Notes: generated by a model not told the origin, from the sequence alone. A DNA stretch of 38,721 bases from a virus (IMGVR_UViG_3300020045_009774:1-38721); one strand, 5' to 3'; counted from the stretch's first letter, positions 18,529-27,233 are shown. Numbers and translations: made by a program.

Positions 18529-18710
18529 GTAGGATTAAAGTTGCGAGAGATAACTACTTTTTCAAAAAAGTCCATACAAAGCACATGAGCAAGCTATCGC
18601 ACGGGAAACGGCTTGGCAGCCCAAGTCAATTTATTCACCAACAAGCTAATAAACATAGGGAAACAGGATTTTTTGGTGCAGCCCAAAAGTTTATGTTTGG
18701 ATCGTTGTGA
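18525..18710 (+). CDS. hypothetical basic protein
   Basis: ORF with GAGG RBS. Confidence 0.5.
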   Translation: MSRIKVARDNYFFKKVHTKHMSKLSHGKRLGSPSQFIHQQANKHRETGFFGAAQKFMFGSL

Positions 18711-18744
18711 GTCGGAATTGTTATTTTAGACGTAGGAGAATGAG

Positions 18745-18945
18745 GTGAGCGAATTACCAGAAAAAGTAATTGTATCTGGCGGGTGTAGAGATTGTATTTT
18801 TTTGCACTATTCAAACGACACTGAGGATGAGGTTTGCAAATTAAACGAAGAATTGTATTGTAGTCCGTACGCCATTGCCGACACTAGACACCTGCAATGC
18901 CCACTACTAACGCGCGCAATAAAGGTAGTAAAAAATGACAATTGA
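18745..18945 (+). CDS. Cys-rich small protein
   Basis: CxxC...C...CPL motif; AGGAG RBS. Confidence 0.55.
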   Translation: MSELPEKVIVSGGCRDCIFLHYSNDTEDEVCKLNEELYCSPYAIADTRHLQCPLLTRAIKVVKNDN

Positions 18946-19189
18946 TTTAAGCGAGTTACAAGCTGGTGGTAGCGTTATTTTTTCAGATAACTGTCAATCT
19001 GTTGTTTCTGGAGTTAGAAAGCACACGGCTATTTGCGGTATTCGTAACAGCGGGACTATGACAACATTTTATCTTAGTTTTTTTGATAAAAAATATGATA
19101 ATTCGCATAATGAATTTTTTGGCAATGGAGACAGTCATTGGTTTTCAAACAAAAAAATTATTGAAATAATCAAAAATACTAACCACTAA
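18935..19189 (+). CDS. hypothetical protein
   Basis: Overlapping ORF ending before a terminator. Confidence 0.55.
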   Translation: MTIDLSELQAGGSVIFSDNCQSVVSGVRKHTAICGIRNSGTMTTFYLSFFDKKYDNSHNEFFGNGDSHWFSNKKIIEIIKNTNH

Positions 19190-19200
19190 ACCGCACACAA

Positions 19201-19232
19201 TAAAAACCCGCTTTCGTGAGATTGCGGGTTTA
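19201..19232. terminator. bidirectional terminator
   Basis: TAAAAACCCGC...GCGGGTTTA between convergent units. Confidence 0.7.
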
Positions 19233-19235
19233 TCT

Positions 19236-19357
19236 AATTAGCGATTATCGTACACAGACCGACCTTTTCAGGTTGCTTTGATGCCTTATAGGCTTAGCTA
19301 TTCAATTTCACTTTTACAGTTGTGAGTTCTGTTGCCACTCGCTGATAACGGCTAATT
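19236..19357 (-). ncRNA. candidate structured RNA at the distal end of the tRNA cluster
   Basis: Closing stem AATTAGCGATTATC / GATAACGGCTAATT enclosing ~95 nt; no ORF. Confidence 0.4.
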
Positions 19358-19380
19358 CGCGTTCTTTACAATTAGCAAGG

Positions 19381-19451
19381 TGGAGCGGGTAGCGGCACTA
19401 GAAACCGCGTGACTTTCTTGGAGGGCAAGCTAACAGCATTTGTATACCCGC
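19381..19451 (-). tRNA. degenerate tRNA-Gly(TCC), probable pseudo-tRNA
   Basis: Acceptor GCGGGTA/TACCCGC + TCCA; loop CCTCCAA; D arm and T loop (TTTCTAGT) broken. Confidence 0.6.
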
Positions 19452-19456
19452 TAAAT

Positions 19457-19533
19457 TTGCGTTTCTGTTGGGACTCGAACCCAAATCAGCGAGTTGAAAG
19501 CTCGCTATCCTGACCTTTAGACGACAAAAAAAC
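19457..19533 (-). tRNA. tRNA-Glu(TTC), damaged ends
   Basis: D arm GTCT...AGGAT, anticodon arm GCGAG-CTTTCAA-CTCGC, T arm TTGGG-TTCGAGT-CCCAA; 5' T run two nt too long and 3' end CAA instead of CCA. Confidence 0.75.
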
Positions 19534-19540
19534 ATAAGCT

Positions 19541-19614
19541 TGGTAGCTCCAAGACGATTTGAACGTCTGATTTCACAGTCAAAGTGTGATGTGTTCCCAC
19601 TACACTATGGAGCA
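19541..19614 (-). tRNA. tRNA-Gln(TTG)
   Basis: Full cloverleaf: TCACA-CTTTGAC-TGTGA, AGACG-TTCAAAT-CGTCT, ACCA end. Confidence 0.9.
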
Positions 19615-19721
19615 ATTAATTTCAGAAGGTAAGTTACAGGCTCTTACTGCTATATTACAAAATCACACACAGCCTTCAAATGTGCAAAGTTTACTTTTAG
19701 GGTGCGCTTACCCTATTAATT

Positions 19722-19750
19722 TGGTAATCCTAACCGCTAGACGATAGGTA
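19722..19750 (-). pseudogene. internally deleted tRNA remnant
   Basis: TACCTATCGTCTAGCGGTTAGGATT-ACCA: 5' strand and D arm joined directly to the CCA end. Confidence 0.5.
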
Positions 19751-19757
19751 TACTGTT

Positions 19758-19832
19758 TGGGAGCGAATGCTGGAGTCGAACCAGCTACCTTAGGCTTATG
19801 AGACCTCTAATCTACCGCTGATATAATTCGCT
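19758..19832 (-). tRNA. tRNA with CAT anticodon (Met or Ile2)
   Basis: Acceptor AGCGAAT/ATTCGCT, loop CTCATAA, T arm GCTGG-TTCGACT-CCAGC, CCA end. Confidence 0.85.
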
Positions 19833-19840
19833 AAATTATT

Positions 19841-19978
19841 TTAAATCACACTCTATGCCGTATTGAGTTGCTAGTTAGGCGTATCGTCTGGCTACTATGG
19901 CTACTAATCGGTGTGTTTCACTTTGGCAACTAACCAAGCTACTAGACCCGATGTCCGCGCATATCAAGTGTGATTTAA
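19841..19978 (-). ncRNA. candidate ~138 nt structured RNA heading the tRNA cluster
   Basis: Perfect 12-bp closing stem TTAAATCACACT/AGTGTGATTTAA; downstream of minus-strand TATAAT at 20040-20035. Confidence 0.5.
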
Positions 19979-20047
19979 GATAAACCCGCAGGTTTGAGCA
20001 TTGTTAAGAGGCTTTGCGGGTATTGTTGTTGGCAATTATACACTACT

Positions 20048-20482
20048 TTAGCGAAAACTAAAGCGGTTTGTTCCAGCGTATAAATCGGCTATGATTGATT
20101 TACGCGCCACCTCATCAAACCCTGCTATCAACTCAAGCAAGGATTTAAACTCCTGTTCGGTTCTATTGCCCTTAGCCGCGTTCATGCGCTTGCTGGTTAT
20201 GCCTAGGTTGTCTGCGCTGTAATCGCCGCCACGCGATATAGGAACACGATGATCTAACTCTATTTTAGCTATGGGTATCAATTCTTGAGTAAGGTAACAG
20301 GAAAAATAAATTCGTTTCCTTTTCTCAATTATCGGCTGTCTGGCTATCCATTCTACTAACTCTTTTGGCATCGGGATTTTTTTAACGTCATGCCCCGCTT
20401 TTTTAGCCCTAGATAGTGAATGAGAGCGAAAATTCTGTGATTTTCGCTTTAATATATCTTGTATTTCATGGGGCATGCTCAT
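20048..20482 (-). CDS. HNH endonuclease
   Basis: ELDHRVPISRGG...NL...N..KG. Confidence 0.85.
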   Translation of the reverse strand: MSMPHEIQDILKRKSQNFRSHSLSRAKKAGHDVKKIPMPKELVEWIARQPIIEKRKRIYFSCYLTQELIPIAKIELDHRVPISRGGDYSADNLGITSKRMNAAKGNRTEQEFKSLLELIAGFDEVARKSIIADLYAGTNRFSFR

Positions 20483-20485
20483 AAA

Positions 20486-20788
20486 TTAATCTTCGTCAAT
20501 AGAATCAAGAAAAACTTTAAGCTCTTCTATTTTTTCAGGAGTTAAATTCGCGCTTGCATCAATAAAAACAGGCGATTCATTGACAATTAGAACCGCAGAA
20601 TCATTTATTTTATTTCGCTTGGTAGTGTCGTTTTTTACCTTCTTTTTGTCGGTAGACATCTCACTAAATACGGGCTGGACATTCCCAAACAATCGAGCCA
20701 TTCCTGTTAGCGCGGCGCGATTCTCTTCTATTTGTTGGGCTAGTGGTTTTTTTTGCTGGTAGTTTCGTTTTCTCATTTTATTTTGCAT
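20486..20788 (-). CDS. hypothetical protein
   Basis: ORF between the two HNH genes. Confidence 0.55.
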   Translation of the reverse strand: MQNKMRKRNYQQKKPLAQQIEENRAALTGMARLFGNVQPVFSEMSTDKKKVKNDTTKRNKINDSAVLIVNESPVFIDASANLTPEKIEELKVFLDSIDED

Positions 20789-21056
20789 CGTGTCCGTGTA
20801 TTAGTGTATGGCAATCGCGGCAAACTGTTAAAAGATGGTTCATGGGTTCGTCACCTAGTTGTTGATATGAAATATGGTGTACTCGCAGGTTATCACGCGC
20901 AAAGCACAGCTTGCACTCGTTGTTGTCCAGTGCCAGTCGTTGTTGGCGTTTGCGCTGCCACTTTTGCGAATTAATGTATTCGTTGTATTCGTCTAGTAGG
21001 ATTGTGGGTATTTTGTGGGAAGCAATCGTTTGAACATCAAAACTGGTCAAATTCAC
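20778..21056 (-). CDS. HNH endonuclease (small, Zn-binding)
   Basis: Y..S.KW...R...D...CxxC...VHH..Y...L...CxxCH. Confidence 0.85.
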   Translation of the reverse strand: MNLTSFDVQTIASHKIPTILLDEYNEYINSQKWQRKRQQRLALDNNECKLCFARDNLRVHHISYQQLGDEPMNHLLTVCRDCHTLIHGHDAK

Positions 21057-21255
21057 AGTGTCAACAGCAAAAATTACATACCTTGCTACCTTAGAATCAC
21101 TGCTACATCATTCTCCGCGCATCCACGCCCTGATGATACCGTCATCGACAGTTTCTATTATCGACCTGCACCCAGTACAAAAAACACAATAAACCTTTCT
21201 ATTCCCAAAGATTCTATAACCTAGCTTTATTTCACTTGTTTCATTGCCGCAATTG

Positions 21256-21519
21256 CTATGGTTTTTTCTCTAAAAAATCAATGGTTCTTTCATATTCTAC
21301 AGCCTTAAAATCATCGGTACTACCATCACGGAAGTTCATAGGATAACCGCATCCATCGGCTGCCGATTTAGAAAATATCTGACCGACATAGCCACCGCAT
21401 TTAGGACAATACTTCCTAATAATAATCCTACCTATCGAATCTAACGAATTGCAGAACTTAAACCCAGACTCACTACCACAACATTTGCATTTCATAAAAA
21501 TTAACCTTTTAGTGTTCAC
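21256..21519 (-). CDS. zinc-ribbon protein
   Basis: CKCCG...CPKCG; true start may be the internal ATG (MKCKCC). Confidence 0.5.
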   Translation of the reverse strand: MNTKRLIFMKCKCCGSESGFKFCNSLDSIGRIIIRKYCPKCGGYVGQIFSKSAADGCGYPMNFRDGSTDDFKAVEYERTIDFLEKKP

Positions 21520-21569
21520 GTTTTGACATTATACTATTCAATGTCACATATCACAATAACAGGATTAAA

Positions 21570-21761
21570 ATGAAAATAATCACAAGAAAAGAAGCGACTA
21601 TTAACGGGCTTCCCAGTTATTTCACAGGCAAACCATGCAAACACGGGCATATTTCAAAGCGAGGAACGCAAGGCGGGAACTGCCACCAGTGTGATTATGA
21701 GCGCGGCAAGGCGATACGCGCCACAATTAAAGCCATTAGAGCTAAAGCGAGAGGAGAATAG
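21570..21761 (+). CDS. small Zn-binding phage protein
   Basis: TRKEA...G...YFTGKPCKHGH...R......C..C motif. Confidence 0.7.
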   Translation: MKIITRKEATINGLPSYFTGKPCKHGHISKRGTQGGNCHQCDYERGKAIRATIKAIRAKARGE

Positions 21762-21767
21762 AGCATT

Positions 21768-24233
21768 ATGTTTAATTACTCTATTCTAACCTCAGACACA
21801 AATCAAGCTAAAAGCTTATCTTTAGTTAATGGCAAGTTAGTTAAATCGTCACTGGCAAATCCTACGCGTGGATATTTTACCGCGCACACTTGCGAAACAT
21901 TAGCGGAATTTGCTGAACACGTTAATAACATCACGGTTAAGCAATCGCTTATTATCGGTTCAGTAGTCAGACCTGATAAGACGGTTTTAGCAGTTGGCGA
22001 AAAAATAGCCCTGACTATCAAGGATAAGCCGCGAGACAACGCCGTTTCGCGCTCTTTAGACTTTCTAAAAAACTTAGCTCATGCTGGGTTTATGCTTTTT
22101 GATGTTGATAGTCGCCCCGAATCGTTTACTGATTTACAGTTATTTTTATCAGAACTTAACGGCGTTGGCGCAGTTATTAAGCCGTCAAGCTCAAGCCTAA
22201 TTTTTGACAAAAACGGCGTTGAAATAGTCGGTGACAAAGGTCGACACATCTTTATCCCAGTGCTGGACATGAGCGACATACAACGCGCTGCCGTGGCAAT
22301 ATGGGGTAGGCAATGGTTAGCGGGACACGGGCATTATTTAATCAGTAATGGCATACATCCTATGCTTTTAGAACGTGGCATTTATGACCAAACAGTTTTA
22401 GGACATAGCGAGCGGCTAGCTTTTGAAGCCAAGCCAATTTTAAACGATGGACTAACGCAAAAATACAACCATTGTGTTGTTATTGATGGCGCGGTTTTAG
22501 ATACTCGCACGATTCCAGATTTAACTGCCGATGAAATATCACAAATAGAGTTACTAAAAAACGCGGCTAAAAAGTTAGTTAGACCTGAATATGAAGCGGT
22601 TATTGTCAGAAAGAAAGCCGCGTACATTGCCACGGGCAAAACAGAATTAGATTGGAACGGATTAAAGGACCACGTTTTAACTCATGATTTTGAGGTTACG
22701 ACAACGAAGGGGGTTTTTAAAGTTTGCGATATGGACGAGTCGCATAACGGCGTGACTATGCGTGATCCGTTTGAACCTGACTATGGCGGTGGCAGTCTAA
22801 CTAAAGCTAAATTTTATTGGAATAATGGCAATCCTAAAATCTACAGTCAGGCACATGGGGGAGTTGTTTATAAAATAGCTAAGCAATCAATAGAAGGTGA
22901 GTTAGTTGACGACAAAAGAGTATCTATTGACTGGCAAGACCAACTAGAAAAACACGTTGAAACCATGAACCAAAGATTTTGCAAGACAATACTAGGGGGT
23001 AAGCACAGGATTTTAAGAATATCAGAGTTGCCCGAGAAAGTCGGAAAACATAAAAAATATGAATTTTTCAACCAATTTGAACTTGAATTAAATCACCAGC
23101 ACAAATTAATACAAGTCGGGTACAAGGCGAACGGTGAAGCGAAGTACGACAACTACATAGGGGCATGGGCTAAGCATCACAAATCGACAACCTACGAATC
23201 AACCATTTTTGACCCAGCAAACAATCACCCAAAAAACACGCTTAACACTTGGCAAGGATTCACGGTTGAGCCAAAACAAAACCATGACTGTTTGGCACTG
23301 ATACACGAACATATTTGTGATGTCGTTTGTGCTGGTAATCGTGAACTGATTAATTATTTTTATGATTGGGTGGCGTATATTTTCCAAAACCCTGAAAACG
23401 TAGCGGGTTCGTCTTTAGTATTGCGAGGCGTTGAGGGTGCTGGCAAAGGTACAATAATACAGTTGATAATGGCAATATGGGGTATTCATGCTTGGCAGAT
23501 TGACGAGCCTGAATCTTTGACTGGTAATTTTAATTCTAGGTTACGCGAAACGTGTTTTTTGTTCGCTGACGAAGCGTTTTTTGCTGGGAATAAAGCCGCT
23601 GAGGGAAAATTAAAGGGGTTAGTTACTGAAAAATTTATTAACATCGAGGGCAAAGGGCTTGAGAAGGAAACATTTAGAAGTCGATTAAAAATAATAATGT
23701 CTACAAACTCTGACCACGCCGTTCCCGTTACTGCCAATGGTAGGCGTTTTTGCGTTTTTGACATTTCACCGCACAAAAAAGGCGATACTGAGTATTTCAA
23801 AAGCCTAGTAATGGACTGTGGAAATCCAGAGGTGCAAGCGGGGTTTTTGCATAGCGCGTTAAATCGTGATATTTCAAACTTCCACACTGGGAAAATACCA
23901 GAAACCACGGGATTAAAAGAGCAACGTCGCCACTCTTTGCCGTCTGATGCTCAGTGGTTGCTCGATTGTCTGTACAACGAGGTATTATACGGGGATTTGG
24001 ATGGGTGGCGAGAGTATTACACAAGCAAAGAGCTTTATGCGAGTTACTTGTTGTGGTGCAAGGATAAGGGAATGACTCATTACGATAAAAAAACAGCTAT
24101 TGGATTAGGTATGTTTTTTAAACACTGCGGATTTGAAAAAGTAGATACTAGGTCGGCAAAGGGATGGAGTTTGGGTGGTATTCAAAATGCTAGAACCGTG
24201 TTTGTATCTGTGTTTAAAGTTGATATTAGTTAG
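21768..24233 (+). CDS. DNA primase-helicase (primase-polymerase-like N-term, SF3/DUF5906-like helicase C-term)
   Basis: hhhDxD (FMLFDVD) and GRHIF motifs; Walker A GVEGAGKG, Walker B LFADE, sensor STN, RRF. Confidence 0.85.
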   Translation: MFNYSILTSDTNQAKSLSLVNGKLVKSSLANPTRGYFTAHTCETLAEFAEHVNNITVKQSLIIGSVVRPDKTVLAVGEKIALTIKDKPRDNAVSRSLDFLKNLAHAGFMLFDVDSRPESFTDLQLFLSELNGVGAVIKPSSSSLIFDKNGVEIVGDKGRHIFIPVLDMSDIQRAAVAIWGRQWLAGHGHYLISNGIHPMLLERGIYDQTVLGHSERLAFEAKPILNDGLTQKYNHCVVIDGAVLDTRTIPDLTADEISQIELLKNAAKKLVRPEYEAVIVRKKAAYIATGKTELDWNGLKDHVLTHDFEVTTTKGVFKVCDMDESHNGVTMRDPFEPDYGGGSLTKAKFYWNNGNPKIYSQAHGGVVYKIAKQSIEGELVDDKRVSIDWQDQLEKHVETMNQRFCKTILGGKHRILRISELPEKVGKHKKYEFFNQFELELNHQHKLIQVGYKANGEAKYDNYIGAWAKHHKSTTYESTIFDPANNHPKNTLNTWQGFTVEPKQNHDCLALIHEHICDVVCAGNRELINYFYDWVAYIFQNPENVAGSSLVLRGVEGAGKGTIIQLIMAIWGIHAWQIDEPESLTGNFNSRLRETCFLFADEAFFAGNKAAEGKLKGLVTEKFINIEGKGLEKETFRSRLKIIMSTNSDHAVPVTANGRRFCVFDISPHKKGDTEYFKSLVMDCGNPEVQAGFLHSALNRDISNFHTGKIPETTGLKEQRRHSLPSDAQWLLDCLYNEVLYGDLDGWREYYTSKELYASYLLWCKDKGMTHYDKKTAIGLGMFFKHCGFEKVDTRSAKGWSLGGIQNARTVFVSVFKVDIS

Positions 24234-24238
24234 CAAAT

Positions 24239-24524
24239 AGTGGTCACAGTAGTCACAAAGTAGTAGCAGGTAAGTTATTGATAAACAAAGCGCGTTACTA
24301 CTGTTACTACTGTTACTACTTAAAATAGAGTATATAGAGAAACACAAAGAAGTAACAAATTTTTATTATGATTTTTATTTTTTTATGATTTTTATTTTTC
24401 TATGGCGATGAAAGTCTAAAAAAAGCGTCACAGTAGTCGAAGTAGTCGCAAGCCGCGCTATTTATATCCTGTAGAAAAATAAAGTAGTCACAAGACAGTA
24501 ACAAAAAGCATTCAAAGTAGTAAC
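24239..24524. repeat. iteron array, putative replication origin
   Basis: About ten 9-mers AGTAGT(C/A)AC in both orientations (GTTACTACT x3 at 24294-24320) around an AT-rich core, directly after the primase-helicase. Confidence 0.75.
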
Positions 24525-24549
24525 GCACCCCTAAAAAAAAGGAAAAATC

Positions 24550-24675
24550 ATGGTTTGCAATCACTTCGTAAAAGACCACTCAACCGACCTAGACGGGTTC
24601 GGGAAATGCCAGAAATTAACCGCAAAAAATAAAGCCAGATGGGAGACTAAAAAATGCCTTGTAAGCACTTCGTAA
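24550..24675 (+). CDS. 41-aa partial duplicate of the downstream gene
   Basis: AGGA RBS; MVCNHFVKDHSTDLDGFGKC vs MPCKHFVKDHSTELDGWGKC. Confidence 0.5.
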   Translation: MVCNHFVKDHSTDLDGFGKCQKLTAKNKARWETKKCLVSTS

Positions 24676-24872
24676 AAGATCATAGTACGGAGTTAGATGG
24701 GTGGGGGAAATGTATGCAGATTGAAACATACAAAGCCCGTGGAGCAACACCCGCTATGATTGCCTCAGTTATTAAAGATAAGCTCAATGGTGGGCAAATT
24801 TGCGCGGGTAAATACATATTTGAAGCCGCCTGTTGCAACGCTGAGCGTGGTTGTGAGAAATATTCCGAATAA
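24654..24872 (+). CDS. Cys-rich hypothetical protein
   Basis: ORF with GGAG RBS. Confidence 0.6.
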   Translation: MPCKHFVKDHSTELDGWGKCMQIETYKARGATPAMIASVIKDKLNGGQICAGKYIFEAACCNAERGCEKYSE

Positions 24873-24895
24873 TAAAATATATTTTATTTCCACGC

Positions 24896-24924
24896 TTGCG
24901 GAATCAAAACTATGTGTGTAGAAT
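24896..24924 (+). promoter_or_regulatory. sigma70-like promoter
   Basis: TTGCGG-17-TAGAAT, followed by a ~85 nt leader. Confidence 0.55.
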
Positions 24925-25016
24925 AGTCGCCACTGGTTAGGAAACTAGGTTGCAAGTCTTAACGGAACGGGCGGCAACGGTGGGATATAGGGGATAAATT
25001 AAATTAGGAGTATGAA

Positions 25017-25202
25017 ATGCAAGAACGCAAGTTAGGCGGTGGTAGGAAAAGAGGCGTGAACAAAACGCGCCGTGAAGTTAGGGGGGTGGTTACGGATGAG
25101 ATTGACACAAGACTGTCGACGTATAAAACCGATAGCGAACGCACAAACAACTGGATTGTCAAAACGGCAATAGATGAATTTTTGAAAAGTCGGAACTATT
25201 AG
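25017..25202 (+). CDS. ribbon-helix-helix DNA-binding protein
   Basis: GGRK...alternating beta strand...helix...NWIVKTAIDEFL. Confidence 0.6.
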   Translation: MQERKLGGGRKRGVNKTRREVRGVVTDEIDTRLSTYKTDSERTNNWIVKTAIDEFLKSRNY

Positions 25203-25212
25203 GGGGTAAGTG

Positions 25213-25425
25213 ATGAAAGCAATAGCCCAAAAACTTTACACAGTGTCAGTGTACGAACACAACAGCTCAGTTGGTTCGTGGGACGTGACAGTTGTCGCCA
25301 CTAACAAACACGACGCAAAAAACATCGGTGTTGACGCTCTAGTACAGAAAGGGCTGGTAAATCGTTACAGTATCAAGCGCACGGCGGTTCATTGTCATAA
25401 TGAAGAAATTTGGGCGGGTGTGTAA
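25213..25425 (+). CDS. hypothetical protein
   Basis: ORF with G-rich RBS. Confidence 0.55.
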   Translation: MKAIAQKLYTVSVYEHNSSVGSWDVTVVATNKHDAKNIGVDALVQKGLVNRYSIKRTAVHCHNEEIWAGV

Positions 25426-25577
25426 TGTACACGGAACTTGGCACGGGTGACTCAACGCCTCCCGATGACAAGCCAGTTAAGCAATGCACATGGTGTTTTA
25501 GTGACATGGGTATTGATGATATTAACGACCTGTGCAGCGATAATTGCGCACGGGAATACCAAGAGGATAAAAACAAA

Positions 25578-26531
25578 ATGAGCAATCAATTAATAACAGT
25601 CGAAGCACTATCAAATAACGCTTTAGATGCGTTCACTGGCAACGTAGACACTTTAGGCAACTTACTTTTGCAAATAGAGCAAGAGGCGTTATCGTTAGTT
25701 CCAGATGTTTCAACAGCTAAAGGGCGCTATGCAATACGCACTAACGCCACTAATGTTGCAAAAACAAAAGTTAGAATCGATAAAGAGGGCAAGCTGCTTG
25801 CTGATAAGCAGAAAGAAATACCTAGGCTTATTGACGCAAGCCGCAAAAAAGCGCGTGATTTTTTGGAAGCCTTACAAGATAAGGTTCGCGAACCTTTGAC
25901 GGATTATGAAGAAAAGCAAAAACAGGACGTTTTAGAAGCTGAATGTATTGCAAAAGAACTACTCGAAGCTGGGCAAGCTCAAAAACAGTTTTTGATAGAC
26001 TGGGATAATGCAATTTTTCTTAATGACAAGTTCGACTTTGAAAAAGAAAAGACTGAAATAGCGAAAGCTAAGAAAGCCGAACAAGATGAAAAAGACCGTT
26101 TAGCGCGTGAAGCTGAGCTAGTAGAGCAGGGTAGAATCAAGGCTGAAAATGAAGCAAAAGCAGCAATAGCAAAAGCCGAGCGTGAAAAGATTGAAGCAGA
26201 ACAGCGCGAAAAACAAGCTATCGAATATGCGCGTATCGCTAAAGACCACGCTGAATTAGCAGAAAAACAACGCTTGATTGCCGAGGAAAAAGCCCGTGTC
26301 ACTGCGCTGGAAAAAGCCGAGCAACAACGACTACAGGCGATTGAAGACGAGCGCAAACGCATAGAAGCCGAAGTAGCAAAGCAAAAGGAGATTGAGGACA
26401 AAAAAGCCGCTAACAAAAAGCACCAAGCCGAAGTTAATAACGCGATTAAATCAGCTTTAATTAAAAATGGCTTTACCGAAGATGACGCGGTAAAGATTAT
26501 CACTTTAGCGGCTAAAAAAACAGCTTTGTAA
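25578..26531 (+). CDS. coiled-coil phage protein of the recombination module (often mis-annotated TolA)
   Basis: PDVSTAKGR..I...A..VAK.K, ID..RK..RD.L..L...VR.PL; GAGGA RBS before ATG 25578; in frame with an upstream Cys-rich segment from 25425. Confidence 0.75.
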   Translation: MSNQLITVEALSNNALDAFTGNVDTLGNLLLQIEQEALSLVPDVSTAKGRYAIRTNATNVAKTKVRIDKEGKLLADKQKEIPRLIDASRKKARDFLEALQDKVREPLTDYEEKQKQDVLEAECIAKELLEAGQAQKQFLIDWDNAIFLNDKFDFEKEKTEIAKAKKAEQDEKDRLAREAELVEQGRIKAENEAKAAIAKAEREKIEAEQREKQAIEYARIAKDHAELAEKQRLIAEEKARVTALEKAEQQRLQAIEDERKRIEAEVAKQKEIEDKKAANKKHQAEVNNAIKSALIKNGFTEDDAVKIITLAAKKTAL

Positions 26532-26532
26532 C

Positions 26533-26665
26533 TTGGTAATAAACTACTAATGTAGTAAACTAACAGTGTCTTAAAAATTGCGTGTGGAAGCGTAACATTT
26601 TAAGGCATAAAAACCTTAGCCCCATTATTTAGCGGTCTTCCACCCGCTAGGTCTTGGGGTTTTTT
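26533..26665 (+). promoter_or_regulatory. sigma70 promoter + paired-loop leader RNA, copy D
   Basis: TTGGTA-17-TAAACT; hairpin-1 loop GTGGAAG 26584-26590; nested stem AGCCCCA/TGGGGTT with loop CTTCCAC 26637-26643. Confidence 0.75.
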
Positions 26666-26687
26666 ATTGTCGAAAGGAAAATTATTT

Positions 26688-27233
26688 ATGAGTGAAAACG
26701 AAAAAAACACAGAAGTTGCAACGGTTACCGAAGGTAAAAATGAGGTTGCCGTTAATAATAAAGGCGGCACGTTTGCAAGTAGATTTACTGAGCAAGAATT
26801 AGCGCAAAGCGATATTAATAGCGGCGCAATGATACCAGAAACAACTAGCACAAAAGCGTTGCCACTAAAACTGAATACCGAAACATGGACTCCAGAAATA
26901 GGCGAGGTGAAAGATTTTGTGGTTCTGGGCTTTGGGTTTGTAGAGTACCCCGACATGAATCCAGAAAAAGCAGCAGCAGGCGTAAAAAATCAAGTCAGAA
27001 GTGCGTTTTTAGCAGCCAGAGGAGTTGATAAGTCTGGTAATCCAGTTCTTGAAAAGTGGAACGTATCGGCAAAACGATTAGTATCAACACTGGAAGACGC
27101 ATCACAACGCGGGTACATTGTTTTGGGCAACTCAAAGATGATCGTCCGCATAACGCTGGTGGGTAAAATTCGCAATAAAACGAATGCTTTTAGCTCTGAC
27201 AACTACGACGTTGAGCTAGTTCCAAACTTCTAA
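26688..27233 (+). CDS. putative ssDNA-binding / recombination protein
   Basis: Directly upstream of the exonuclease; beta-rich, OB-like pattern (W.PE.GE...); AGGA RBS; function inferred from context. Confidence 0.45.
   Translation: MSENEKNTEVATVTEGKNEVAVNNKGGTFASRFTEQELAQSDINSGAMIPETTSTKALPLKLNTETWTPEIGEVKDFVVLGFGFVEYPDMNPEKAAAGVKNQVRSAFLAARGVDKSGNPVLEKWNVSAKRLVSTLEDASQRGYIVLGNSKMIVRITLVGKIRNKTNAFSSDNYDVELVPNF

Noticed and set aside
21053-21255. Small minus-strand CxxC ORF between the zinc-ribbon and HNH genes
   Set aside because: An open stretch exists (CGNETSEIK...CTGC...) but has no convincing start codon, so it was not called
24239-24524. CRISPR-like mini-array
   Set aside because: Units are 9 bp, in both orientations, with no regular 25-40 bp spacers and no cas genes; better explained as iterons
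24550-24720. Diversity-generating retroelement TR/VR pair
   Set aside because: Differences are not adenine-specific, are mostly synonymous, and no reverse transcriptase is present
25979-26503. Long antisense ORFs (e.g. 25979-26503, 4088-4513, 23486-23908, 17481-17972)
   Set aside because: Shadow frames of real genes, Ser/Phe/Leu-rich, with no RBS or recognisable motifs
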